NCBI RefSeq assembly: GCF_008831285.2
Contig: NC_045138.2
Location: 17,422,001 to 17,486,000 of the forward strand
DNA length: 64,000 nucleotides
Source: Nymphaea colorata
Taxonomy: Eukaryota
Direction: 5' to 3'
In this document: in pieces, positions 11,123-24,984 of the stretch
How the letters are laid out: each line of letters starts with the position of its first letter
Numbering within the stretch: the first letter of the stretch is position 1
Made by a program: the position numbers and the translations under genes
Notes under the pieces: generated by a model
Databases searched by the model: none
What the model was told of the DNA's origin: nothing
The model's input: the letters and a program-made list of their open reading frames with translations, nothing else

Positions 11123-13014
11123 GGGGATATGTTGGTTTCTTGCATTTGGGGCATTAAAAATAAAAAATAGAAGACATGAAAGTAAAAACTGAGAAGCAAA
11201 TCGAAAACATATTTGAGAAACAATTTTCAACCCACTCAAAAAGCTCATTACAATATCTCTCACTAAAAATTTCCTAAAAGAGTATGTCATGGAATCGAGT
11301 GAATGCCCAAACCTTCACTTCTCCGATCTCAATCCTCTTAGGGTTCAGGACGACCTACTTTTGTTGTATAGGGTTAAACACCACGATACTTTATTATTTT
11401 TTGCAGTACAAAAAGTTGATGCTACAAAAGTTTGAAACCGAGACTGACTGCTTGCTATCCCCCTCCCTCCAGAATAATATATAAGAATTAAATGGATTCA
11501 ATAAGTGAGAGATGAACCAATTACTTGAAATAATCTTTAGGCTGATAAGGAAAGAGAGGATTCTCCAATCTTCCTCATCATTTTCCTCCCTATATGCGTT
11601 TTATTTTTTTTTCAATTATTTAATTATTATGGTCAACATTCCTTGAAAAGTACCGCCCACTTACCTTCACATTGGTGAGGGCAAAATTTTACAATCTTCC
11701 TTACCATTTTTCTCTATATATAATTATATTTTTTTCTTTATTTAATTTTTATTATAAATACTTGATGAAACAATAGTTCACTTGGTTTTAGCAATGTGTT
11801 CAAATTTTAAATCTGAAAGCTAAATGATTCTATGAACCGGTGAATCGAATCCGAATAGTTTGTGAATAAGAATTAATTAAAGATTTATTTAGATATAAAA
11901 ATTAAACAATTAAAAAATCGGTCAGGAAAAGAAGTAAAATTTTAAAAAACTAAAAAAAACACACACACACACACAATGAACTCATTTAATGGCGATTCTG
12001 CACCTGCTAGCAACATTTTTTTTAGTAGCAATCAAAACGAGTTGTTATTTAAGGTGCAATTAAAAAAATTAAAACTTCTTGTACACTCTATTCTAATAAA
12101 AAAAAAGGTTGAAGGGCCATTTGTACAACTTTTGGTCATCCTTCAATCAATACATATATAAGGTGGAGCGGCAGATCCATACGAAAATCGCCAGATTTTT
12201 CATGGGCATTGAGTTGGCGTTCAGCGAACTGGTAAAGAACTGATTTGATTCGAATTGGCCGATTCACTGTTTTTAATAACACTGGTTTTTACATTGATGA
12301 GGATGGGATTTTGATTCAATCTTCTTCATCGTTTTTCTCCATATATAATTTTATTTCTCCAATTATTAATTTATATGATGAAGACTAGTTGAAAAGTATA
12401 GCCCACTTGTTTTCACATGATTGGGTATGAAGTGAACTAATAAACTCTTGTTCATATAACTAAAACAAAATCAGAAATTGAATCAAATGGACCGATTCCA
12501 AAAAAATAGTAATAATAAGAAAAAAACATATAAAAGCTAACTAAAAGTTAAAAAACAAAAAAAAAGAACAAAAAAATGATGCGTGTCACATGGGGTAAGC
12601 GGGGCATTGAGATAGATTTTGGCAGAGATATAAGCAAAGAAGAAACCTAGGGCATTGGCTCTCAGCTTTGGGACCATTAACAGAGCTTACGACTCGTTTG
12701 CATAAGGAACATTGTGCGAATGTTTTATGAATCTTACTAAAAAATTGAGTTAAATTTATGAGCCACTTGAATAATTTTTTCATGAATCTTCTCCAATATT
12801 TAAGGCAGATTCATAAAACAACCTCATGCCAGACAGTTCAAAAGTACATTTCTGCATCTTATTGATAGGAGCCCGTCCCTACTGTTTTATTGTCCCATAT
12901 AAATATATCTATACCCAGTGCCCTATATATTTTATTTTATGTATTTTTATGTTTCTAACTTTTTATAGACTTTTAAGTGTTTTCTTTATTTAATTACTTA
13001 GAATCGATCCATTT

Positions 13015-16000
13015 ATTAAACAAAATGAGCTATACAAAAAAAGGGAAAGGATAACAAAGAAAAAACTACTATCCTTCAGCACAGTATAACCAAAGGCTGA
13101 CTCAGCTATTCCGAAAAACAATTGTCATAACACTAGATACAAGAAAAAACTAAAAATCAGTGTGGGTTAGCCAGCATAGAAACAAACGTCCCTCCACTCC
13201 TTGACGTAGGAAGTAATGAAGGATCCAAAATCAGCCGTAGGATGATCCCTTTCAATATTGACATTGTAGTGGAAATCATTGACAAGCATGTGGAACTCTG
13301 ACCATATTCTACTGTTGTCATAATGTTGTTGTATCCTCCAGACAACGGCTTCGATCCTAGTGCAAATAGTAACACAACCGCCATACTCCTTAGGATACCT
13401 GAACAACTTTTCCATCTTCTCCAGCTCACCAGCGAGTACCCTGCCCCTTGGGCTCAACAATATAGCCATACCATTAGCTCCGTCACTGAAATAAGAGTTC
13501 CCAGCAACCCTCAACTTCCCAGCAATTTCGACTTGTATGACCTCAAAAAAAAGCATCTTAGAAGGTTCTCTACGCCTGGCAGAACACATAAGATTGGAAA
13601 TGGCTCAAGTACGGACAGTGCCTTCCGTTTCCTTGGTCCCTTTGATACCCAAGAACCCAAGTACGGACAGTGCCTTCCATTTCCTTGGTCCCTTTGATAC
13701 CCAAGAAAGTCGCCTCACATGTCGACCATACTTCTTCTTTAATATTAATGGCTGCACTAGATTTGTCTTCATGCATCAGCTTATTGCAATGCCACCAAAT
13801 TTGCCAGCACATAATAGAGAATGTGATTCTCCAACACATCCTCAGCCACCCGTCATGCACCTTCCTATGCATCCATCGTTTGATTTCAAACTAGAAATTA
13901 CGAGTGGGTGACTAGATGACACCGAACTTGGCCAAGATCCATTCCCAAATTCTCTGGCTACCTAGCAATGGAGGATAATATGTTCATTAGTTTATTCAGC
14001 TTTCCTACAAAAAAAGCAACTGTTATCAAGTTGGAAACCTAGTTTCTTGATTCTGTCTAAAGTGGGTAGTCTGCCCTCGCTTGCAAGGAAGCTGAACCAG
14101 TATGTACTAGATGAAGCATTTCCTTGCCAAATATATTTCCTTTATCTCTCTCTCTCTCCTTGGCTCCCCTAGTATGATCAAGAATGTCTCCAACTTCAAT
14201 ACAAGATTGATGGTTGTCTGTCCAAACACCTGGTCAGCTTCATTAGATAGAGGGATAGAGTCTATGTTGCCAATGAAGCCTATGCACACATCCTCAACAA
14301 CATTTGTGCCCCCTTGCTCAAGAGCACTTTATTTTTAATCGAGATATTGAGTTCTCTCGCAATATTAACCAAACTATCCCCACTAATATGCTGGATAAGT
14401 GGGCTACCCTGCCAAGGATCGAGCCAGAAACGACAACGGCTGCCATCCCCAAGACTATTCTTTTGGAGGTACTTATCCTTGTACACTTTGGCCCAGACGC
14501 CATCATCCATCAAGAGTATGCTACACCTACAAGCCAACAACACGTGGTTCAAGTCCTCCACTTTGTGTAGGCCAATGCCCGCAAGATCATATGAGTTACA
14601 TAGTCTAGCCCAACTGATGTGGTAGATATGCCAAGTAGACTCACCATCATTCCAAAGGAATCTCTTGCATATGTTTTCAAGTTTTTTATTAATTCTACGA
14701 GGAAGACTTCAGACCGTCATCCAATAGTGGGGGAGGGTACTCCAAGATATTCAACTGGAAGAGAGCCCATCGTCCATTGAAGCATGTTCCCTAGATCCTC
14801 TACCCTACAATCCAAAGTTTTGTCCAGGAATACAACAAATTTTTCTTTGTTCACTTTCATACCGGCGAACTTCTCAAATTGCTCTAGGATCTCTTTAAGG
14901 AGCTTGTGGAAGCCTTAGAAACCATGAGAACATCGTCTGCATACATAACTGCTCATGTCTCCTGAGAAACATTCCGGATCTTGGGAATTTGGATGTTCTT
15001 GTTGCGGACCTCCACTTGAATATGACGATTGAAGATTTCCATAACTAGAATAAAAAGGTATGAAACATCGGGTCCCCCTGTCTGAGTCCTTTAGAAGCAA
15101 TGAACTTGTCCCCCAAGCGACCATTAATCACCATCTCGTACGACACTGAAGAAACACATTTTATCACTAACTCTGTCCATGTGGGGTGAAAGCTCAACAC
15201 ATGCATGCTTTTCTGCAAAAATTTCCAAGTTCTATCATAAGCCTTTGAGAGTTCCAACTTAAGAAAGCAACCCCCTTTCGACCAAAAATCTTTTGAATTA
15301 GCGATCTCATTTTCCCATAAAATGTTGTCTTGAATTTGCCTCCCTTTAGAGAAAACAACTTGGTTCCTTTGAACCAGTCACATGACGACATCCCTCATCC
15401 TGATAACTAGTATTTTGCAATAATCATATAAATGGTGTTGCATAAGGATATTGGCCTGTAATCCTTAACTCTGATGGCATTCGGTTTTTTTGCTATCAAG
15501 CAAATCATGTTGTGGTTAACACTTCCAACAAGTTTCAACCACATCATTTTCTATGATGCTCCAACAATCCTTGTAGAAATAGTTCGGGAAACCATCTGGG
15601 CTAGTAACACTATCCTTGTAGTTCGGGAAACCATCTGGGCCAGTAACACTATCCTTGTCAAGATTCTTGACCGCCATTGCTTTCTCCTCTCTCATGATTG
15701 GTCCTAACAACCACTGGTTTTCTTCATCGGTAACCATGTCGCCATCTACTATACCTACAAACAGTTCTCCAGAAGCTACATCAGACCCCAAAAGCTGCTG
15801 AAAATGAGAGGTACAAGCCTTCAAGATATTGGCTTCCTCTGTATGTGTTTCCCAATCAACTTCGATGAACCTTATATACCGCTTAGCCGTTGGCCATGAT
15901 ATGAAAGAAAGCTATGTTTTTGTCCCCCTCTATGAGCCATCTAACCCGACACCTTTGCTTCCACATTATTTCTTCCATACGGAGGAGCAAACCTCTAACC

Positions 16001-16018
16001 TCATACTCCTGTTTAGTA
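13015..16018 (-). mobile_element. 5'-truncated, frameshifted L1-type LINE retrotransposon: ORF2 reverse transcriptase plus probable RNase H remnants
   Basis: Minus-strand fragments GPDGFPNYFYKDCWSII, DYRPISLCN (~15440-15465), SKAYDR, KGLRQGDP, YADD (14932-14943) and RFWLDPW. Absent from the paralogous unit A. AATAAA at the 3' end (~13012-13017 on minus). Confidence 0.92.
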
Positions 16019-17187
16019 GGCAGTACCTTTCATATAGTGTTCATCATCGAAATTAATTAAAATAAAAAGTAGAATTATATATAGGAGGAGATTGAGAAAA
16101 TCCTTTCTCCATCAATGTACGTCAAAACCAGTGACCGATACTACTTATGGAGTATTTGTAATAGAAGTTAAATGAAGAAAAAAATAAATTACATACGAAG
16201 AAAAATTATAAGAAAGACTGGAAACTCTTCCCTCTCGTCGATGTGAAAGCAAGGGGCTGGTACAAAATTCGTGGTGTCTTCACCATAATAATTAAGTAAA
16301 TAATATGTATATTTAAATGGGTGTGAATAACTTATGCCCCCTAACCCTCCCACAAAACAAAACTTTGGTTTTTCTTTCACACTCGTTGCCTAAACACTTC
16401 AACCAGGTCTCAAATTATTGTTAAAAAACTATGATTTGTGAAATTCAACCAAGTTTTCCAAACAGTACAACCTAAAAGCTTAAAAAATTGAGAAAAAAAA
16501 TGCAAAATCGATTGAAAATGAAGAATTATGCCATATCACATAGCAAAAACTCAAAAAATGGATCTTTCTAACTTGTTTGAACGAGAGCCAGATGTATATT
16601 TTTTGTGAATTTCATTTCACTTTGGTACAGGCTAACCTGATCTGAACCCATTTGTGCAATATCTGCATCTCTATTGGAATTAACGTTTGGATCAAGAACG
16701 AAATAAGAGAACCACTCACCTAGTTAGTTCAACTTTCAAGGGAGGTCAAGAGTTCAAAACTCAAGCGGGGTGCAGAATAGGGCCTATCTAAGCTCAGCAA
16801 TCCTGTTCTTTTTTACTTGACCAAGAGGAAGAGAGGACAAGAGAAAGAACAAAACCACATTTAACTAGAAGAGGTCCTCATGCATCGCATATATAAGAAG
16901 AAAAAACTTACATTCTCATTCAGTTCTCATCTATTATTTCTAATTCGCTTTTACAAATTGGTTTATGATTTGCAGGCAATTAACGTGCCCATCTTTCGCC
17001 GTTGTTTTTTGCTTGCATTAACATATAGAAATGTCGATGTGGATCAAAATTTGAATCTATACTTTACCATATCTGCTTTTTCTGATATCTGTATGTCATG
17101 TTTTGAATTCATGTTCCTTGCTGTCAAAGTAGAAATAAAAATATCATCATCTTTTAATGATGTTTTCATTTGTCATATCTTACTCTT

Positions 17188-18011
17188 GATCCCCTAGTTC
17201 GCATGGTTTTATTTGGAGATGGCACGTTGGAAGGAATGGGTGTTTGCATGGCTGGTGATGCGTTAGCAAAGGGGGAGTGGGCTAAGTAGGTTCGGGGTTC
17301 CAACTGATAGCTAGGGGAGGAAGGAAGGGAACCGGTAGAAGGGGCCAGCACTCGAGCCTGGGCTGGCCGTCTACATGAGTGGACACGCGTTTTAATGTGA
17401 GCACCAAGAGGAGGCTAAATGAGATGCTTTTTTTTTTTTTAATTTTCTTCACTCTCTTTATTCTTTGCAAAAGTTTTTGTTTCATTTGACTGAGCCAGGC
17501 TGGGTAGCATTTTAGTGGGGAGATCTTCTTAGTGGAACCCCCATTCTCTCTTCCTCCCTCTTAAATTTTATGTATGCATGTATTTATTTATTTATCTAAA
17601 CAAAGTATAAGATGAAATACTTTTTTTATATAAATAAATATATAAATACATAAAATTTAAGACGGATTCAAAAAAGAATATCTTTCCACAAAAATGCTAC
17701 CCAGCCTGGCTAAGTCAAATAAACAAAAAATTTCACAAAGACAAAAAAGAGAGTGAAAAAAAAAAACATGTACATGTGCCTCCACCACCTCCCTTCTCTT
17801 GATTCTCACGCAAAAACGAGTGTCCACTCATGTAGACGATTAGGGGGGGCTCCAGCCTCTCCTACCGGTTCCTTTCTTCCATCATGCTGGCTATCGGTTG
17901 GCCCCCAACACCTATTTAACCCACTCGCCCCATTGCTAATGCATCACTAGCCACCCAAACACCCATTCCTTTCACCGTGCACTCTCGAAAGAAAACCAGG
18001 TGAGTGGGGTC
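17188..18011. mobile_element. Non-autonomous fold-back element with long TIRs, copy B
   Basis: aaggaatgggtgtttg..tggctggtgatgcgttagcaa (17232-17269) pairs with ttgctaatgcatcactagccacccaaacacccattcctt (17933-17971). Paralog of 7984-8750. Confidence 0.65.
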
Positions 18012-18576
18012 CAATTATGGCCACCCAATGCATTATAGGGCGGGGATGACCAGATAAACTGTCCATGATATCGAAATGCATTCGTGGTGTGCGGTGAAAG
18101 GCCGAAGGATTTCTTTATGAGCTGTACTCTACAATTGATCAGGTGGAGGTTACAATTGTATGGGAATGGTTTCAATGGAGAACTGTATGGGAATGGTCAA
18201 GATCGCTTCAATTTCAAAATTCACCAAAAAAGTACACGATAGTTAATCAAATATTAGTGTTATAATATAATTATAGCAGTAGCGGAGGCAAATGTGGGCT
18301 GATGTAGGCTGTTGCCCGCACGAGCCTGGAAAAGACACTAAAGTAAAACCATGTGGACTCTTCAAATGTTTTTTTTTTGTAAAGTACTTAAAATAACATA
18401 TTACATCCTTCAGAACTATGTAAGCATTTTACTATTTATGACCTAAACAAAAAATATTTTTATTAAAAAGTTTTTTGGTTTGAGATGAAAAGGTCTAGCA
18501 AGGAGGGCTAGCTTTCTCCAATGGACGGGAACATACGATAGGGTATAACCGTGATACGTTAAATAAAAAATAAAAA

Positions 18577-18609
<33 letters not shown>

Positions 18610-21600
18610 TACAAATAACATTTCTTCTATGTTTCAACTTGCATATTTGTATCTTCCTTTTATAATAGATTGGTATTACAAAGAATTCGAAATAAAAACT
18701 GATCGACCCTTGTTAAGTTATAGTGAAAAAGAATCATCTCCTGAATCTAATAGGGAAGGGAACAATTTGATTCAAATCCACCTATTCAGGCCAATTCTCA
18801 GTGATTTTACGACAATGCTCTCAACCCCTTGAATAGCAAAAACAATATCAACAATAATATAATAGGGAATTGGATAGATTTCCCCAAGGCTGAGAGATGC
18901 ACCAGTTCCCTGAAACAATTCTATGTAAATAAGGAAGAAGAGGATTCTCCAATCTTCATTTTCATTTTTCTCCATATATAATTTTACTTTGTTTCAATTA
19001 CTTGATTATTATGGTCAACATTCCATGAAAGGCACTGCCCACTTGCTTTCACATTGGTGAGGGGGCAAAATTTTCCAATCTTCCTTATCACTTTTGTCCA
19101 TATATAATCGTATTCTTTTTCTTTATTTAATTTCTATTATAAATACTCAATGAATACAACTGTTCACTTGTTTTTACCAATGTTATCAAAGTCTGTTTTT
19201 GATGGGATTGGAAAGTGATGATTCAGAATAGGTGAATCGAATGTGAATCAGAATCATTTCTGATTAAAGATGTATTAGAGACTTGTCCATATAATCAATA
19301 GAAAATCAGAAATCGAATGAAATGAACCGATTCCAAATAATTAAACTTATGAAAATGAAAAGCGTATAAAAGTTTTAAAAAAATAAAAAAAAAATATTAG
19401 AAAATAGAAGATAAATTAATTATGTATGGTACATGGAGGTGGCACCAACATTCAACTACATTTTTGCAGGACACTGGTTTTTATTACGGTAGAAGCTGCA
19501 GAAATGCGCCTGACTAAAATGAATGCAAGGAAAAATCACTAGCAATATGCCCTCAATTGTGATGTGATATATCATGATCATGCCCCATGAGGAGGACAGT
19601 GCAGGGAATCTAACTCGCAAACCCTTTTTATTAGAGATTGCTAACTAATCAAAGGCACATCTAAAATCAATTTCCGGATATTTCTTATCTTAATAACTAG
19701 TAATGACTAATGAGAGATCTTATGATTTGTAATAGCGTAATGCAACACAAGTAGACCCATCTAGCCACTCATACATTGAAATATGAGTAGACTAGGTTGG
19801 GTCAAAAAAAGTCGTTTTTGGCTCGTGTCCAGAAGGGATTTATATATGCAAGATTTCTGCAATTTTCTGTTCAGATTTGGAGGCTATCTCCCAATACACT
19901 ACTTGAATTTTGATGCATTACATCGAGTAATCTGTTTAATCTTTTCTGCCCAACAAGGGCGGAGACAAAAATTTTTCATGAGGGAGGCCGAATTAAGGTT
20001 TCTAAATTTTAACTAGGCCGAACGTATCATTTTTCAAAATTTTTATATAGAAATTTTCTAAAGTTTACATGTAAATTTTCTAAAGTTTACATGAAAAATA
20101 GTTAAAAAAAAATTTAACTATTTCTCTTATTATAGTTCAGCATTCATTATGTAGTCGAGTTGTGTCAAGTTCTTGCAACTAGAACTCGACTCACTGGACA
20201 TTTCGAACATACATTTGAACGCAAGCTTGACTCGTTTCTAAATGAGTCGAGTTCTGAGAATCAAGTTCAGGTCGAGCTTGAATTGGCTCGACAGATTGGG
20301 TGGAAGCTTTGGCATTCTTTGAGGCCATAGGTCAGACCCTACTCACACAAAAATTATGTTCTTTTGCCAATAACCATAATTCCTTTTGTTGGGTCAAATA
20401 TTACATTTGTTTCAACTAGACTACTTTGGTTGTCGCCTATGCGCATGGCATTAAGGTATCAAAGTAAATTACCAAAATGTCCTTAAGGCAGCTGGTCGGT
20501 TTTGTATTAATTTGGGCCCTTTTCCATTTATGGCTGTGTCATGTCTGATTTCATGTGTATTTAGTTCATTTATATTTGGTCTTTTTACATCCATATAATT
20601 TGAAAATCAGGTTAATAGGAATTTCAGGGTAGATTATTCTATTTAAATATTTTATGTTGTGGTCTTTTACGCAACCAAATCTCAAATTCTACACAGGCCA
20701 GTTATTATTTTGAAACTTAGTTGTATGGTTTTTCCTCAAATTTAGCATCAAATGTATCCTTCATGATAGACTGAGCCAAATTCAATATTTAAGTGACATT
20801 ATGTTGATGAACAATATGGTTTATTTTAGCACAATGATCGATCTTGTCCATCGACCAACAACTCTCAAATTGACCAGATTGAAATAAATATATGCTATAA
20901 AGGAGTACCCGAGCGGTTGGAATATTGTTTTAAAGATTCCGCTTTCTGCATGGTAGAAAATCACACTAATCCAATTTGTTTTCGGTGCATTTGGAACTTT
21001 TGAACTCAAACCATTTATATTCTTAAGCATACTTAAGGCAAAACAAGAAGTAAAGACCCTTATAGTTTACCTTATTTTAGTTTATCTCGATGTAATATTT
21101 AATTTTATGTTGACATTACTAAGTGTAGTACGATATGTGAATAAAAAATAATCTAATTAAGTTTGTTTTAATTGAAAACATGTTGGTTTTCTGTCACATT
21201 AATCTCATCTTTAATTAGTAAACAATTGACAACAAGAATCTTGGTCAGTTTCTAACAATATAAAAAAGTTACATTTCCTTTCTCCCTTGTAGTTGATTCT
21301 TTTGTTGAAAAGTTCCCTTTTTCAAACTCAACTTTGGAAAGGTTCGCAAAAATCAGCGAGCATTTAAAAGGTGTTTTTGTCTTTTTTCGTAAAAAAAAAA
21401 GTCCCTTTCAGATCGCCCAACCTTGGCACATAAAAATCACATGCATCTTAAAATAACATAAATGAGTTATTTGCTATCTTCAATACAGAAGAACAGAACA
21501 GACCTCAAACTAAAAGCTCCATTTAGAACTTTGTTGACGTGACTCCATAAGGAGATTTAAAGAACAGAAAGAAAACTCGAGTTCTTTGTGAAGGATGTGA

Positions 21601-21695
21601 GCAAGAATTCAAAATACCCACTGGAATTATTATATAAAGAGAGTGGCAGACTAAGGGAGGGAAATCAAATCCACAGAGAAATAGAGAGAGAGAGT

Positions 21696-22236
21696 ATGGC
21701 ACCTGAAGATTGGACAATAGAAACAGACGTATTAAATGATTACATTCAGGAACAGGCAGTCAAGTTGGGGATAGAAAAGAAGATTGAACTCAATTTTCCT
21801 GTCAACCATTGTTTGTCTTTCTCTTCTCTTCCATAGGTAAATTACAGTTTATTTATCATTCAGTATGCAGTAATGTTTTTTTCTTTCTTCCAGCCAACTA
21901 TCATTGGGATAAGAGAAGATAGAGAAGGCATCCTAAGGGTATTGGACAACGAGCAGCTGGAGACGTGCATGATTATGCAGGGCTATGATCCGTATGTGTT
22001 TATATATATATATATATATATGATCATTAGCTTTTATTTATTAGGGTGTGTTTGTTTCGACAGTTTAAACAAATTGAGGATCTTCCAAACGCAACCTGAG
22101 TTCTTTTCACATTTGATCTTATTTTCTTAGGGATTTGGTACTTTGCGTGCGGCTTCCTGCAAACCGGGAAGATCTTCAACGAAGGGCTGAAGCAGCTGGT
22201 TTTAAGGTAGAGGTGGAGCCCGTAGAAGAATCTTGA
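21696..22236 (+). CDS. Small uncharacterised 3-exon protein, family copy 1 (~102 aa). Exons 21696-21800 (donor uncertain), 21894-21991, 22131-22236
   Basis: TATATAAA at ~21631. MAPEDWTIETDVLNDYIQEQ../PTIIGIREDREGILRVLDNEQLETCMIMQGYDP/DLVLCVRLPANREDLQRRAEAAGFKVEVEPVEES*. Exon 2 length (98 nt) and phases match copy 2. The donor homologous to copy 2 is GA (21786), so a cryptic GT at 21801 is assumed. Confidence 0.55.
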
Positions 22237-22506
22237 ATGATGGTTTCTTCATTTTCTTCAGTTCAGTTCGGGGTTTTGTGATGTTGAAGACCAGAATATC
22301 TTTGCTTTCTTTTCTTGGAACAGTCATAATGTAACATTCCATGAGTTTGTGTTTACATGAAAATAAGTAAATTAAGAATCCGAATACGAGAATGTGTTGG
22401 ATGTGATTTTGGATACCAGATCTAGATCCTGTTATATGATCCAAATGTGGATCTTGTTCTACTATGCCTGACCCTCCTTGGAATGTCGAAGCTGGGAGGA
22501 GCAAAG

Positions 22507-22537
<31 letters not shown>

Positions 22538-22870
22538 GACCACCAACCCACAAACTGGCGACATTGAAAACAAATATATATTATATGCAGAAAATCTCAC
22601 TAATGCAATTCGTTTTCAATGCATTCCGAACATTTGAACACAAACCATTTATAATCTTAAGGATACTTAAATCAAAACAAGAAGTAAAATAGATTTAAAT
22701 CGTCCCCACCATGAATATCAGTAAAAGTAAAGGCATATAGTTTATCTCGATGTAATATTTAATTTTATGTTGGCATTACTAAGTGTTAGTAAGATATGTG
22801 AATAAAAAATAATCTAATTAAGTTTGTCTTAATTGAAAGCGGCCTGTTGAAGCTGGGAGAAGCAATGGAC

Positions 22871-22920
<50 letters not shown>

Positions 22921-23660
22921 CCCTGTGTGTGTTAATTCTACTTGCTCCCATTGTGATATGGAAATAACCCGATTTGGAGCCGTTTATGCAGGATCTGTGT
23001 TTTTGTTTGAATTAGTTTTTTTGGTAACTTTATTGGTTCGGAAGTAAGAAAGCCGTTCACCTTAGTTTAAGTTCAAGGGAAGTCAAAAAGTTACAATACT
23101 CAAGGTGGCATATAGAGGACAAATCATGACTAACCCATGCTTATTATTGAGGCCTAAAGAAAAGTTGTGTGGGCAAATGTCCCATCCCGTGTGTCAGAAG
23201 TTCCGATTCCAAACCTGGGGTTCATGTAATTTCTACTTCCCATGACAAACAAATGTAATTAACTCTTCTTAAAGGTGCCACCTTTTATATGGAAATGTTT
23301 GCATATCGTTGTGCAGGAAGATGTTCATCGTGAAAATGTAAATGATTTTTCTTCATTTTTACGTTATTAAAATCCTTGCGACCTAAAAATCTTTTATAGG
23401 AATAGCAAACTTGGCACTTCAAAATTAATTGGAGGTTAGGATTTACCAGGCCATGAAAATCATGCTTTGCATAAACCAGCCATTAACTAAGTTAAAAGAT
23501 TAGGGGGACCTTGGTTGCAACGGAACTAAGTTATAATAATAATAATAGTAATGACGTGACTCCTTTAAGGACCAAATTGGGGTCAATATTGTTTGAATGG
23601 GCAGAGTTAATGAACCAAGTATTGTTATGAACTCCGGACTGATTCTTATAATTTTCTTTA

Positions 23661-23924
23661 GGATGCGTTTGATTCCCCGCAGATCTCAAATCCGAGGGAA
23701 TCTCAAATCCATGATTGCTGAACTCGACAGTTTTATTAAACAGTGGATTCAGCAGCACCCTCTCCCAACGTGAATTTCAAATCCTCATTTTTAATGTGAA
23801 AAACTTAGATTTGAAATCGGATTTTGGGAAGTGGAGGGGGTGGCCGACTTGAAAACCGCAGATCAGATCTGCAATGATCTCGGATCACCACAGATCTGAG
23901 ATCCACAGTAATCAAACGTGACCC
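23661..23924. mobile_element. Possible PIF/Harbinger (Tourist-like) MITE
   Basis: Imperfect short TIRs ggatgcgtttgat...atcaaacgtgaccc, with TTA on the left flank. Confidence 0.3.
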
Positions 23925-24984
23925 TATGTTCATTGTATGACAATATGAATAATATGTTATGCGGAAAACCAAACAATGTTTTTGTATAATATGTTATGTT
24001 GGAGGGGGTGTTCATTGATGTTATGTTGATGAACAATATGATTTGTTTTAGCACAATGATTGATGAAACCTCTAAGCTACGTTTCGTTTTGTTCCTTGAC
24101 TTCCAACCCACAAAATAAATATATGCTATAAAAGGGGATCACCTGAGCGGTTGGAATATTGTTTTAAAGGTTTAACTTTCTGCATAGTAGAAAGTCTCAC
24201 TCAGCCTATTTGTTTTAGATGCATTTGGAACGTTTCCATTTATATTCTTATGTATACTTGAAGCAAAACAAGAAGTAAAATAGATTTAAATCTTAACCAT
24301 CATCAATATCAGTAAAAGTAAAGACAAATGGTTTATCTTATTTTAGTTTATCTCGATGTAATATTTAATTTTAATATTGGTAAGTATAATTAGATATGTG
24401 AATAAAAAATAATCTAATTAAGTTTGTTTAGTTGAAAGCGTGTTGGTTTCCTGTCACATTAATCTCAGCTTTAATCAGCAACCAATTGATAAAAAATAAT
24501 CTTGATCAGTTTCTAACAACATAAAGAAGTTTCATTTCCTTTTTTCTATTACATATATAGTTGATTCTTTTTTGAAAAGTTCTCATTTTTAACTTTGGAA
24601 AGGCCAGCGAGTATTTGAAGGGTGTTGTTGTCCTTTTTTACAAATAAAAATTGTCTTTCAAATAGCCCAACTGTGGCACTAATATGTGTGGATTAGTAAA
24701 CACAAAAAAAAAAAAAAAGTTCAGATGCAATTTGAAATAGCATAACTGAGCTATTTGCTATCTTCCATAAATAAGAATAAAACTGCTCTCAAACTAAAAA
24801 CTCCATTTATAACCTTGTTCACATGACTCCATTAGGAGGTTGAAAGAAGAAAAAGAAAAACTCACATAGAGTTCTCTGTGACTGTGAGGGCGATGGATGT
24901 GAGCAAAATGCCCTTATATAAAGGGAGTGGCAGACCATGGTCGTGATATTAAATAGAGAGAGAGCGAGAGAGAGAGGGAAGACT

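Larger units (their letters stand above)
9340..18513 (+). repeat. Tandem segmental duplication, unit B (~9.2 kb including the LINE insertion)
   Basis: Colinear with 2780-9343 except for the LINE at 13015-16018 and several indels. Confidence 0.9.
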
